This document shows, piece by piece, positions 56,373-64,000 of a stretch of DNA of 64,000 nt. Origin of the DNA: Candidatus Adlerbacteria bacterium. Lineage in GTDB: Bacteria > Patescibacteriota > Minisyncoccia > Phycocordibacterales > SBAW01. Position 1 is the first letter of the stretch, and each line of letters starts with the position of its first letter. The DNA is taken from assembly GCA_029288895.1 (NCBI GenBank), contig JARIGK010000002.1, forward strand, positions 29,545-93,544, written 5' to 3'. The translations under genes and the position numbers were made by a program. The notes under the pieces are model-generated. The model saw only the letters and a program-made list of their open reading frames with translations, was not told the DNA's origin and ran no database searches.

Positions 56373-58101
56373 TGTAGATATTTATTGATTTGGTGGAGAT
56401 TGCAGTACCGCTTGAGTTCGTGCTGGTAAAGGTTATGGTGTACGGCCCTGCACCCTTCCAGTGCCAACCACTAAGGTCGACGAGCGCTTCTTTGTGTGGA
56501 TAGTCTTGCGAGCTGTTGTACATCTGCACGCGCGCACCTCCGTCGACAGACCAGTACATGGTGTATTGCGAGACATCAAGTCCACTGACCATTGCCTTAA
56601 ATGGTTGCGTGCCAGTTACATGCGAGCCGTCGGATGGCCACCAAATGTTGGTTACGCTGCTGCCCGATGGTGGCGGTGTGCTTGGCGGAGGCTGCGAGCC
56701 TGCACTCACCGTTATAGTTGCAGCGCTGTCGTTCCAGCTGTAGGTCTTGGACCAGTCACCCGTAAAGACACCAATCTTAAACGTGTAGGTGCCCGCACTA
56801 TTTGGCATAAAGCTTCCGCCAAACGTTTTTGTTTGCCCTTGGCTAAAGTTTTGCCCACCTTGGAAGGTTTGATACACGCGTGTGCCGCCTTGGTACACCT
56901 CCAAGTCAACCAGTGTGCCGCTCGTGCTGCCCGCAGTCTCTGTAACATTTGCCGAAATTTGCACTGTCTGCCCCACAGTTGCAGTGGCTGGCGCACCGGC
57001 GCTTGTACTAAACGTTACCGAACTTGGCGGCGGGTTTGATGGCGTCGTGCCACTAAGCCACCACTGTTTAAGCGTCTGCTCTGCCGGTTTGTTTTGCGGC
57101 GTGTAGTCAGTGTCGCCAGCTCCGCCCGCATTTGGATTGCTCTTCCACCACCACATATCGACACCTGTCATGTACGAATATTTGTTCCAGTAATCAAACA
57201 GCGCGGTATAGTCATTTATCTGTTCTTGCGAATTATAGTTGCCGCTCATGCCAGAGTCCCAGGGGAAGCTGTGAGCATTGTCGACGCTTCTATATCCAAT
57301 TTCGGTAAAGATAATTGGCTTTGTTGGATACTTTTGGTGGATTGGGTTGATGTCGTAATCGTTCATCCCCTGCCAGTCGCTTTCAAGGGAGGCAACCGAA
57401 CCGTCGCCAAACAATCCGTAGTAGCCCGACACGCCGATCAAATCGAGCTTATCCCAAAAGCCAATATTTGGAAGTTCTGCGCCCCACGCGGTGTGATCTT
57501 GCTCGCCACGGTTGGCGCTATAGCTAAGCGCACCGCTATATACCGCGCGTACATTTGCGATCATCGTATTCCATCGCTGCGTGTTGTCACTATTTGTATT
57601 GGCCGACGCCATACTAATGAGTTCGGCACCCAAGACAAACTGCTCCACTCCATACTGCTGGCCCAGCCTGCCGTAGTACACGAGCGTGTTGCCATAGTTT
57701 CGGTACCACGTGTCGCGATCGCCCGGGTTAATCACGGCGCGCCACTCGCCCGAATATGTTTCCAAATAGAGCGCAATACTTACGTGGAGCCCAATCGAGT
57801 GCGCGTATTGGATGGCAGAAATAAGCGACGAGTCGGACGGCGTGTTCCATCCGCGGCCAATGTCAGTACTGCCCGAGTTCGATTGATAGTACGGGATGAT
57901 CAGGTTTACATAGTTCGCACCATCGGCTTTTAAATTTCGCAGCGATTGCTGGAACGAGGCCGAACTATAATCTTCTGTCCCTTGCGGGATGATGCTAAAA
58001 CTTTTCTGCCAACTGCTTACCGCCGCCTCTGCGTGTGGCACATATCCAAATTGCCCAATAAAAAGACCCACTAGTGCAACTATTGAAATAGCCTTTTTCA
58101 T
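56365..58101 (-). CDS. Secreted multidomain glycoside hydrolase. It has an N-terminal TIM-barrel GH-A-clan-like catalytic domain (mannanase/glucanase-like), a middle Ig/CBM-like domain, and a C-terminal ~95-aa module shared with the GH6 at 18499..19800.
   Basis: Signal peptide MKKAISIVALVGLFIGQFGYVPHAEA, candidate nucleophile motif IIFTEIGY, and Thr/Pro linkers. The C-terminus reads WWPSDGSHVTGTQPFKAMVSGLDVSQY...GPYTITF. Exact GH family is not resolved. Confidence 0.65.
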   Translation of the reverse strand: MKKAISIVALVGLFIGQFGYVPHAEAAVSSWQKSFSIIPQGTEDYSSASFQQSLRNLKADGANYVNLIIPYYQSNSGSTDIGRGWNTPSDSSLISAIQYAHSIGLHVSIALYLETYSGEWRAVINPGDRDTWYRNYGNTLVYYGRLGQQYGVEQFVLGAELISMASANTNSDNTQRWNTMIANVRAVYSGALSYSANRGEQDHTAWGAELPNIGFWDKLDLIGVSGYYGLFGDGSVASLESDWQGMNDYDINPIHQKYPTKPIIFTEIGYRSVDNAHSFPWDSGMSGNYNSQEQINDYTALFDYWNKYSYMTGVDMWWWKSNPNAGGAGDTDYTPQNKPAEQTLKQWWLSGTTPSNPPPSSVTFSTSAGAPATATVGQTVQISANVTETAGSTSGTLVDLEVYQGGTRVYQTFQGGQNFSQGQTKTFGGSFMPNSAGTYTFKIGVFTGDWSKTYSWNDSAATITVSAGSQPPPSTPPPSGSSVTNIWWPSDGSHVTGTQPFKAMVSGLDVSQYTMYWSVDGGARVQMYNSSQDYPHKEALVDLSGWHWKGAGPYTITFTSTNSSGTAISTKSINIYTQ

Positions 58102-58331
58102 TCCACAACCCTATCTCATCGGCACTGTAGCAGAGGTGAATTAAGAAGAGTTTATGAAACAAGCAATTGCTATTTTTGACAAATAGAAATTTTATGCTAG
58201 ATTACTACCGCTGTTCTTTATATATCAGATCGGACCTCCGACCCAGTAAATACAACGTTTATTGGCCCGGAGGTCTGATGACCTGTCCTGCTTTTGGCGT
58301 CCGCCACAAGCATCTCAAGGAGAGACTGCAA

Positions 58332-59306
58332 ATGAAGCATCGTATCCTGGCCTTCGCGGCCGTCGCCATGGTGGCGGGATTCGCTCCCCTCACCTCGGCT
58401 TTCGCCCAGAACCAGTCGGTCGGTTGCCCGGCCGGCGGCACCTGTCTGATGACAGGCGGTGAAAAGGGCGACTACTACAAGTACTTCGGCAAACCCGTTG
58501 CCGAAGTCTTGGCGAAGGTCGCCTGGGACGACGTGACCGTGTCGACGTCCAAGGGAACGCCGGACAACATGACGTCCGTGGCCGCCAACCCGGGCAACTA
58601 TGGCCTCGGCCAGGCCAACGTCGTCGCCAAACTGATCAACACCGAGCCGTACAAGGGCAAGGTGCAGATCGTCAACACCCAGTCGATCGGCCAGGAGCTC
58701 GTGTTTCTTGTCGTCTCGCCGAAGCTCTACGAGCGGGCGTCGTTCTATGGCACGATCGCCAACAACGCGGCCAACGTGAAGTTCGTGATGCCGGGCAAGG
58801 ATACTGGCCCCGGCGTGACGTTCGACCAGCTCACCGAGCTCGATCCGCGGCTGCAGAAGGCCAAGAGCGTCGAGCGCGTCAATTCGGTGGACGATGCCAT
58901 CGACGTGGTGGCCAGCGGCCAGGCGCAGGCGACTCTCGTGGTCCAGTTCGCCAACCCGAACAACGATCGCTTCAAGATCATCAAGGAGAAGGGCCTCCGG
59001 ATCGTCCCGGTGCGCCATCTCCCGATGCTCAGCGTGAAGCTGCCGGGCGGCCAGTCGGCCTTCGTGGCCTGCGGCGGCCAGGAAGTCGGCGACAAGGAGC
59101 CCACCTCGGGCGTCTGCACGCCCATCGTGCTGATGACGGGTGTCGCCAATACGAACCCGAAGATCGCCGATTTGGCGAACGTGCCGAGCGACCAGTTCGC
59201 GCCGAAGGATGTGTCCTTCGCCGCCTTCTGGAAGAAGGCCAAGGCGGCAGCCGCCAAGGCCACGGCCGAGGCAGCAACCTGGGCTAACGAGAAGATCGGC
59301 GGGTAA
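58332..59306 (+). CDS. Secreted periplasmic-type solute-binding protein (TAXI-TRAP/PhnD-like type-2 PBP fold). The gene is high-GC and probably horizontally acquired.
   Basis: AAGGAGAG SD and signal peptide MKHRILAFAAVAMVAGFAPLTSAFA. The GGTCLMTGGEKGDYYKYFG motif resembles the TAXI TGGTGG.YY motif. GC is above 60 %, with GCC/GGC/CTC/CCG codon bias unlike the neighbours. The ORF-track start at 58167 is a spurious extension. Confidence 0.65.
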   Translation: MKHRILAFAAVAMVAGFAPLTSAFAQNQSVGCPAGGTCLMTGGEKGDYYKYFGKPVAEVLAKVAWDDVTVSTSKGTPDNMTSVAANPGNYGLGQANVVAKLINTEPYKGKVQIVNTQSIGQELVFLVVSPKLYERASFYGTIANNAANVKFVMPGKDTGPGVTFDQLTELDPRLQKAKSVERVNSVDDAIDVVASGQAQATLVVQFANPNNDRFKIIKEKGLRIVPVRHLPMLSVKLPGGQSAFVACGGQEVGDKEPTSGVCTPIVLMTGVANTNPKIADLANVPSDQFAPKDVSFAAFWKKAKAAAAKATAEAATWANEKIGG

Positions 59307-59312
59307 CTCCTC

Positions 59313-59352
59313 TGGTCTGACAGATACCGACCCCCACGCGAGCAATTGCTTG
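59313..59352 (+). terminator. Terminator hairpin CCCCCACGCGAGCAATTGCTTGTGTGGGGG plus TTATTTTTTA.
   Basis: Long GC stem with G-U pairs, then a U-tract after the PBP gene. Confidence 0.5.
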
Positions 59353-59384
59353 TGTGGGGGTTATTTTTTATACAAAATTGCTCA

Positions 59385-59418
59385 AACAAAAAACCTCCCT
59401 AAGGAGGTTTTTTGTTAT
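59385..59418 (-). terminator. Bidirectional hairpin AACCTCC-CTAA-GGAGGTT with U-tracts on both sides, downstream of tRNA-Ala(UGC).
   Basis: 7-bp stem flanked by A6 and T6. Confidence 0.5.
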
Positions 59419-59421
59419 TTG

Positions 59422-59494
59422 TGGACCCTACCGGGATCGAACCGGTCGCCTCCTCATTGCAAATGAGGCGCTCTACCAAATGAGCTAAGGGCCC
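59422..59494 (-). tRNA. tRNA-Ala (anticodon UGC).
   Basis: Manual fold: acceptor with G3:U70, D-arm AGCUCAUUUGGUAGAGC, anticodon loop UUUGCAA and T-arm GGUUCGAUCCC. Confidence 0.85.
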
Positions 59495-59610
59495 GTATAC
59501 GGACGAACCAATAATACAATAGACGCCTAAAAAATGGTAGTCCAGTTGCCCCGTTGACTTTAGAGGCCAATTTGATTGACTGAGACCAGAACAGAACCGA
59601 GGGATATCCG

Positions 59611-59940
59611 ATGGAAAAGTGTCTGTGTTGTATGGTTTCGAAGGGACTCCTCGAAGTGACAGAAGTACCTTTGCAATCGAATAACGTAGTTTGCTTTATG
59701 CATCCAGAGCCGAAGCGGCCAGTCCATGCAGTGGTCATCCTGCGCGACGCCACATCGATGCCAGAGGTCATGCGCACAAAATCCACGTTGCTTATGGAAC
59801 TTGGCATGATTGCGCAAAAGATCATGGCCCAGTTGAAAATGGATCATCCGGGGCTTCGCTTCAGCGTTGTAATAGAAGGAGCGAATCCTGATGTTCATCT
59901 GATGATGAACATTGTTGGGTCAGAAAAGCCGGAGCTGTAA
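59611..59940 (+). CDS. HIT-superfamily-like protein with a degenerate histidine triad (109 aa).
   Basis: N-terminal C-x-C-C..., then VCFMHPEPKRPVHAVVILRD resembling the HIT alpha/beta core. The expected HxHxHxx motif is replaced by DVHLMMN. Confidence 0.45.
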   Translation: MEKCLCCMVSKGLLEVTEVPLQSNNVVCFMHPEPKRPVHAVVILRDATSMPEVMRTKSTLLMELGMIAQKIMAQLKMDHPGLRFSVVIEGANPDVHLMMNIVGSEKPEL

Positions 59941-59964
59941 GCCTAGGGGTAACCCCGGGCTTTT

Positions 59965-60297
59965 TTATTTTATTTCGTCTATCTTCGCCGCCAATATGAA
60001 GTCGTTTTCGGAAAGGCCGCCGATAGCATGGGTCATGAGTTCTATACCGACGTTGTCGTACGAAACGGTCATGTCTGGGTGATGCTGTTCTTCTTCAGCA
60101 ATCGCGGCAACTTTGTTTACAAACTCCATCGTCTTTTTAAAGTTGGGGAATTCGAAGCTGCGTGCAAGCAAACCTCCGCCGTCGACAAGCTGCCACTCTT
60201 CGTTAAGTTCCGGCATCAATTTTTCTGCCTCTGCTTGGGTGAGCGGTTCCACGCCACCTTCGCACGGGATGCATCGTTTTTCTGAAAGTTTTGCCAT
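59965..60297 (-). CDS. Pterin-4a-carbinolamine dehydratase (PCD/DCoH).
   Basis: The EEQHHPD motif with the [EDKH]-x(3)-H-[HN]-P pattern; 110 aa. Confidence 0.85.
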   Translation of the reverse strand: MAKLSEKRCIPCEGGVEPLTQAEAEKLMPELNEEWQLVDGGGLLARSFEFPNFKKTMEFVNKVAAIAEEEQHHPDMTVSYDNVGIELMTHAIGGLSENDFILAAKIDEIK

Positions 60298-60308
60298 ATA
60301 AAAGAAGA

Positions 60309-61292
60309 TTAGCTTCTGCGCCCCGCTCTCGCAAGTTCGACAACATGGCTCAAAAAGTCGGAGAGTTTGGCACCCACGGCACCAATCGCTTTGGGGAACA
60401 ACGACTCTTTTGTCATACCAACGCCCGCCGCGTTGTTTACTTCAAGGAAGTAAATGCCGCGCTTGGCAATAATAAAGTCGCTGCGCGAATAGTGCGAAAG
60501 GCCCATCGCCTCGTGCACCATGCGGGCCTGGGTCATCAATTCTTGTTTTTCGTCTGGCGTAAAGTTGCCGGGCACGCGCTCGATTGTTTCGCCGCTGTAC
60601 TTTGCGTCGTACGAAAAGAAGCCGTGTTTTTTTGGCGGGATGATTTCGACAGGCAACAGTGCGTACGTCTTTTCGCCGCGGAAGCCGTCGATGACGCCCA
60701 CCGTCGCTTCCCTGCCCGGCACAAACTCTTCAATCAAAATCTTGGGCGATATTGCAAACGCTTTGTGGAGCGCAGGTTCGAGCGCGTGGAAGTTGTGCAC
60801 TACTGTTGCACCAACAGACGAGCCGCCAATCGCCGGCTTTACAATCGCCGGGTGTGGGAAGGTGCGGAAAAGGTCGAATGCTGTCTTTTCGATATTATCT
60901 GTCGAGTCTTTGTCGAGCATGACGCCATGCGCGACTTTGATGCCAAGCTTCGACACGACATCTTTAGTGCTTTGTTTGTTAAAGGCCAAGGCCGATGCAA
61001 ATGCGTCCGAGCCTGTGTACGGAACAGCGACTGCGTCCAAGATTCGCTGCAGCTGGCCATCTTCGCCGTACTCGCCGTGGATCACGTTAAACGCGACGTC
61101 CACGCCGCGCAGTGCGCGTTCAGGCAACATCGGCGTGCCATGCACATGCCACTGACCATCTTTTCCGATAAAAATATCGCGCGCATCGTAGCGCTCTTTG
61201 TCGAGCGCCTCGAGCACCGTCGCGCCGCTCTTAAGCGACACTTCGTATTCGCTTGAAGGCCCGCCCCTCAACACTCCAACGACCGTTTTCAT
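60309..61292 (-). CDS. ddl: D-alanine--D-alanine ligase.
   Basis: ATP-grasp fold with an N-terminal VGVLRGGPSSEYEVSLKSG and the typical Ddl length of 327 aa. Confidence 0.88.
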   Translation of the reverse strand: MKTVVGVLRGGPSSEYEVSLKSGATVLEALDKERYDARDIFIGKDGQWHVHGTPMLPERALRGVDVAFNVIHGEYGEDGQLQRILDAVAVPYTGSDAFASALAFNKQSTKDVVSKLGIKVAHGVMLDKDSTDNIEKTAFDLFRTFPHPAIVKPAIGGSSVGATVVHNFHALEPALHKAFAISPKILIEEFVPGREATVGVIDGFRGEKTYALLPVEIIPPKKHGFFSYDAKYSGETIERVPGNFTPDEKQELMTQARMVHEAMGLSHYSRSDFIIAKRGIYFLEVNNAAGVGMTKESLFPKAIGAVGAKLSDFLSHVVELARAGRRS

Positions 61293-61304
61293 ACTTCCAT
61301 TGTA

Positions 61305-61340
61305 ACAAAGAAAAAACGCCGGAGGTTATCCGGCGCTGCT
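61305..61340 (-). terminator. Rho-independent terminator (CGCCGGATAACCTCCGGCG plus TTTTTTCTTTG on the minus strand) after the 61345..61785 gene.
   Basis: 7-bp GC stem and a U-tract. Confidence 0.5.
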
Positions 61341-61344
61341 TTTG

Positions 61345-61785
61345 TCACAGACTTTCACGGTATGGGCTATCGTACGGAACGCGTTGGCTCCCTTCCCCAT
61401 CTTCCTTTTTCTTCTTTTCGCGAGGGATGTATCCCCGTTTGCCTTCGATCACAGGGGCAAAAAACAACGTTCCGCACTCGCTACCATAGTACGTATGGTT
61501 CACTTTACTGGGCAGCGGAGCTTCTTGTACTTGGCCAATACGCAGCGGGCCAGAGTAAAGCGACTGAGCGTAATGTGGCTTTGCCAAATCACGAATCATG
61601 CAAGCTTCGTTACCGCAATGGCAGTGAAGAGCCGTGTTGAAGTCGCCGATGTACTTCTTGCGAAACTCTTCCAGACGATACTCCGGGGTAGTTCTGTAAA
61701 GCGCCTCTTCAACGCGCTTTGGGTCATAGGTTTTCGGCAGGGTGCTAGCGTCGGTGACAACGACTGTTTTCCCTTTTTCAATCAT
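61345..61785 (-). CDS. Hypothetical Cys/His-containing protein (146 aa).
   Basis: HCHCGNEAC and GSECG patterns suggest metal binding. A terminator lies downstream. Confidence 0.45.
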   Translation of the reverse strand: MIEKGKTVVVTDASTLPKTYDPKRVEEALYRTTPEYRLEEFRKKYIGDFNTALHCHCGNEACMIRDLAKPHYAQSLYSGPLRIGQVQEAPLPSKVNHTYYGSECGTLFFAPVIEGKRGYIPREKKKKEDGEGSQRVPYDSPYRESL

Positions 61786-61838
61786 GACGACTCCTTTCGA
61801 GCAGGACAGGTACGAAACTTGCTACATGGTAGCAGTGA

Positions 61839-63083
61839 TTACATCCCGCGCAATGGGTTACGAAGTTTTTTGTGATAGCCAATTGCGAAACGGTGGGCTT
61901 CGGCGTTTGCCAAGAGGATGTCGCGTTCGCGGCCCGCGATGACGTCACGCTCGCCTTGGATTTTGCGCGGACGATGCTTTTCGTCTTTGACGACACCAAT
62001 CACGGGTATCGCCATACCAAACTCTTCCAACACTTTCTTTGCTGTATTGATTTGCGCCGTGCTTCCGTCGACAGCCACAATGCGCGGCAGCGGCCACTCG
62101 TCGTGGCCCAAACGGCGCGTAAGTACTTCGCGGAGTGAGCCCGAATCATCACCACCCTTAGCAGTTTTTATTTTAAATTTACGGTACTGGTCTTTGTTGG
62201 CCTGTCCGTCTTCGACAACAACCATAACGCCCACAACATCTTTACCGCTCATATGCGCAATGTCATACGCTTCAATACGCGTATTTCCTACCGTCGCGCT
62301 CGCCGGGCCGCGGTACTCATCTTTAATAAGCGACACGTCGTGGATATGCTGCAATGCAAACACCTGGCCGCGTAGTTGTGCCGCCTCTTCGAAATTTTCT
62401 GCTTTTGCAGCCGCCTTCATATCGCGCTCCAAACTTTTGATAAGCTCTGCTTTTTTGCCCTGGAAAAGCATCGCAATGCGACGCACTATTTTTTTGTAGT
62501 CAGTTTTAGAAATTTCACCGGTACATACACCCGGGCACAACCCAATGTGGCGGTTAAAGCATGCCTTACCCATGTTTGGGATGCATTTGTCGTCGCGGTA
62601 CGGGAAAATTTTGCGAATTATTTTGAGCGCTTCTTTGAGCTGAAGCCCGTGTGGAAAAGGCCCAAACTCGTACAAAAACTCCCCTGCTTCGCGCATGGCC
62701 AATTCTCTTCCACGGATCAGCGAGATGCGCGGGAAATCTTCTTTGGTAATAACGACGTAGTTAAAGCTTTTGTCGTCTTTTAAGTCGGTGTTGTGTTTGG
62801 GTTTGTGGGTGCGGATAAGGTTTGCTTCCAACAGCAACGCCTCAAGCACTGAGTCGGTCTCGCGCCAGTCGATCGACTTCGCCTTTTCGACCATACCGGT
62901 AATCACCGGCCCACGGGTATGGATCAAATCGGGCGAGAAATAGCTACGCACACGGCTGCGCAGCGACGTCGCTTTGCCGATGTAGAGCACCTCTTTATTT
63001 TTTCCTAAAAAGAAATACACCCCGGGGCCGTCCGGAATCTTCGGCATTTTCTTTTTAAATTGCTCGAGGAGCATATTTGACAT
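61839..63083 (-). CDS. uvrC: UvrC-like excinuclease lacking the C-terminal (HhH)2 domain (about 414 aa).
   Basis: GIY-YIG (PGVYFFLGKNKEVLYIGKATSLRSRVRSYF), a UVR domain (ENFEEAAQLRGQVFALQ) and an RNase-H-like endonuclease domain (EAYDIAHMSG...). The start is at the internal Met; the upstream extension overlaps the divergent gene. Confidence 0.8.
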   Translation of the reverse strand: MSNMLLEQFKKKMPKIPDGPGVYFFLGKNKEVLYIGKATSLRSRVRSYFSPDLIHTRGPVITGMVEKAKSIDWRETDSVLEALLLEANLIRTHKPKHNTDLKDDKSFNYVVITKEDFPRISLIRGRELAMREAGEFLYEFGPFPHGLQLKEALKIIRKIFPYRDDKCIPNMGKACFNRHIGLCPGVCTGEISKTDYKKIVRRIAMLFQGKKAELIKSLERDMKAAAKAENFEEAAQLRGQVFALQHIHDVSLIKDEYRGPASATVGNTRIEAYDIAHMSGKDVVGVMVVVEDGQANKDQYRKFKIKTAKGGDDSGSLREVLTRRLGHDEWPLPRIVAVDGSTAQINTAKKVLEEFGMAIPVIGVVKDEKHRPRKIQGERDVIAGRERDILLANAEAHRFAIGYHKKLRNPLRGM

Positions 63084-63138
63084 TATAGCATTATAATGAT
63101 ATTCGTGAATTGAATCGGTCTTAATTTCGGAGGGGCTC

Positions 63139-63432
63139 ATGGGCGTTAAAAGCCGTCAGCGGCATATTGACCATATCATCAACTTGCTGCCTGGGCCTGA
63201 GCGGACCAGCAGAGAACTCGCTACAATCCGTGAAAGATTCCAAAAGCTTCCTACAAGCGAGCTCAGGGACGTGCACAACGCACTGCAAGAGCTGGCTACG
63301 AAAGGCACGAGCGAGAAATTCAAGAACGCTAATACCCGCGCCCGCGATCTCAGTTCTCTCAAACCTTTGTTAGCTAAATTTGCAGAGTTCAACGAGACTG
63401 CTCGAAAATTCCTGCACGAAGCAGGGCTCTAG
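63139..63432 (+). CDS. Hypothetical protein (97 aa) encoded between uvrC and uvrA on the opposite strand.
   Basis: GGAGG SD 7 nt upstream and a strong terminator immediately downstream. Confidence 0.5.
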   Translation: MGVKSRQRHIDHIINLLPGPERTSRELATIRERFQKLPTSELRDVHNALQELATKGTSEKFKNANTRARDLSSLKPLLAKFAEFNETARKFLHEAGL

Positions 63433-63437
63433 AACAG

Positions 63438-63470
63438 AGGCCGGATGAAATATTCCGGCCTTTTTATTTT
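63438..63470 (+). terminator. Rho-independent terminator AGGCCGGATGAAATATTCCGGCCT plus TTTTATTTT.
   Basis: 7-bp GC stem and a U-tract. The U-tract overlaps the uvrA stop codon on the other strand. Confidence 0.55.
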
Positions 63471-64000
63471 CCTTTGAGCACACGCTTCAAGTATTTGCCG
63501 GTGTGGGAGTTTTTGTTGTTTGCGACGTCTTCTGGCGTGCCCTTCGCAATAAGCTGGCCGCCGCCGATACCTCCTTCAGGACCAAAGTCCAACAGGTAGT
63601 CCGAGCATTTAATCACATCCATGTTGTGCTCGATAAGCACGACACTGTTCCCTGCTTGTACCAAGCGATTCAAGATATCGATCAACTTGCGAACGTCTTC
63701 GTAGTGCAAGCCGACCGTTGGCTCATCCAACAAATAGATCGTCTTCTGCAAATGCGGGCGGTAGAGTTCTGCCGAAATTTTGACGCGCTGTGCCTCGCCG
63801 CCCGAAAGCGTTGTTGCAGACTGTCCAAGTTCCAAGTACCCCAAGCCCACTTCGCCAAGCGTCTTCAAACGGTCGTGGATTGCAGGGATGTCGTTAAAGA
63901 ATTCAAGCGCCTCTTCTACTGTCATTTTTAAGACATCGTAGATGCTTTTCTTTTTATATTTCACCTCCAAGGTCTCCTTCATAAAGCGCTTGCCGTCGCA
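63464..64000 (-). CDS. uvrA: UvrA excinuclease ABC subunit A, C-terminal part only; the gene continues beyond the window end.
   Basis: The second ABC module end: [46 protein letters not shown] and [21 protein letters not shown]. The reading frame is open to position 64000. Confidence 0.85.
   Translation of the reverse strand, partial: CDGKRFMKETLEVKYKKKSIYDVLKMTVEEALEFFNDIPAIHDRLKTLGEVGLGYLELGQSATTLSGGEAQRVKISAELYRPHLQKTIYLLDEPTVGLHYEDVRKLIDILNRLVQAGNSVVLIEHNMDVIKCSDYLLDFGPEGGIGGGQLIAKGTPEDVANNKNSHTGKYLKRVLKGK

Noticed and set aside
58218-59389. Long minus-strand ORFs (375 aa and 214 aa) and plus-strand 59140..59466.
   Set aside because: They are artifacts of the high-GC solute-binding-protein gene. 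They have no SD or signal features and show biased Arg/Gly/Pro composition. The plus-strand frame has the SD, signal peptide and terminator.

Overview
This 64-kb window looks like a small-genome bacterium, probably Patescibacteria/CPR-like. That lineage call is an inference from several truncated core proteins (AlaRS, UvrC, ATP-synthase delta and epsilon), an archaeal-type AspRS and many orphan membrane proteins. GC is about 50-52 % overall.

Most of the window is core machinery on the minus strand:
- pepA (partial), aspS, trpS, a chaperone locus dnaJ ... dnaK-grpE split by inserts, an MsbA-like ABC exporter.
- A ribosomal block rpsI-rplM / rplQ-rpoA-rpsD-rpsK-rpsM-rpmJ-infA.
- alaS, ung, rlmH, mnmA, mltG, leuS, ychF, ddl.
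- A complete F1Fo ATP synthase operon atpBEF(H)AGDC.
- uvrC-like and uvrA (partial).
- Four tRNAs: Ala(CGC)-Pro(CGG)-Val(CAC) and Ala(UGC).

Accessory content:
- A plus-strand polysaccharide locus at 11.3-18.5 kb: GT-C, GT2-GtrA, GH8, a BcsA-like GT2 without PilZ, and a PMT-like GT-C. It is faced by a secreted GH6.
- A second secreted GH-A-type hydrolase at 56.4-58.1 kb that shares a ~95-aa module with the GH6 at about 80 % nucleotide identity.
- Two high-GC, apparently foreign genes: a GDT1/UPF0016 transporter at 7.1-7.9 kb and a TAXI/PhnD-like solute-binding protein at 58.3-59.3 kb inside a tRNA-bounded island.
- A LeuRS carrying an inserted NUDIX box.
- A sigma-70 region-4 + HARE-HTH protein.
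- An ATP-cone + PD-(D/E)xK nuclease next to a Cas4-like nuclease and an MGMT-C-only protein.
- A PilM-like ATPase plus a membrane partner.
- Several tiny SD/terminator-bounded ORFs.
- Candidate leaderless promoters.

No CRISPR array, rRNA or obvious transposase was seen. Coordinates I derived myself from the printed sequence may be off by 1-2 nt.
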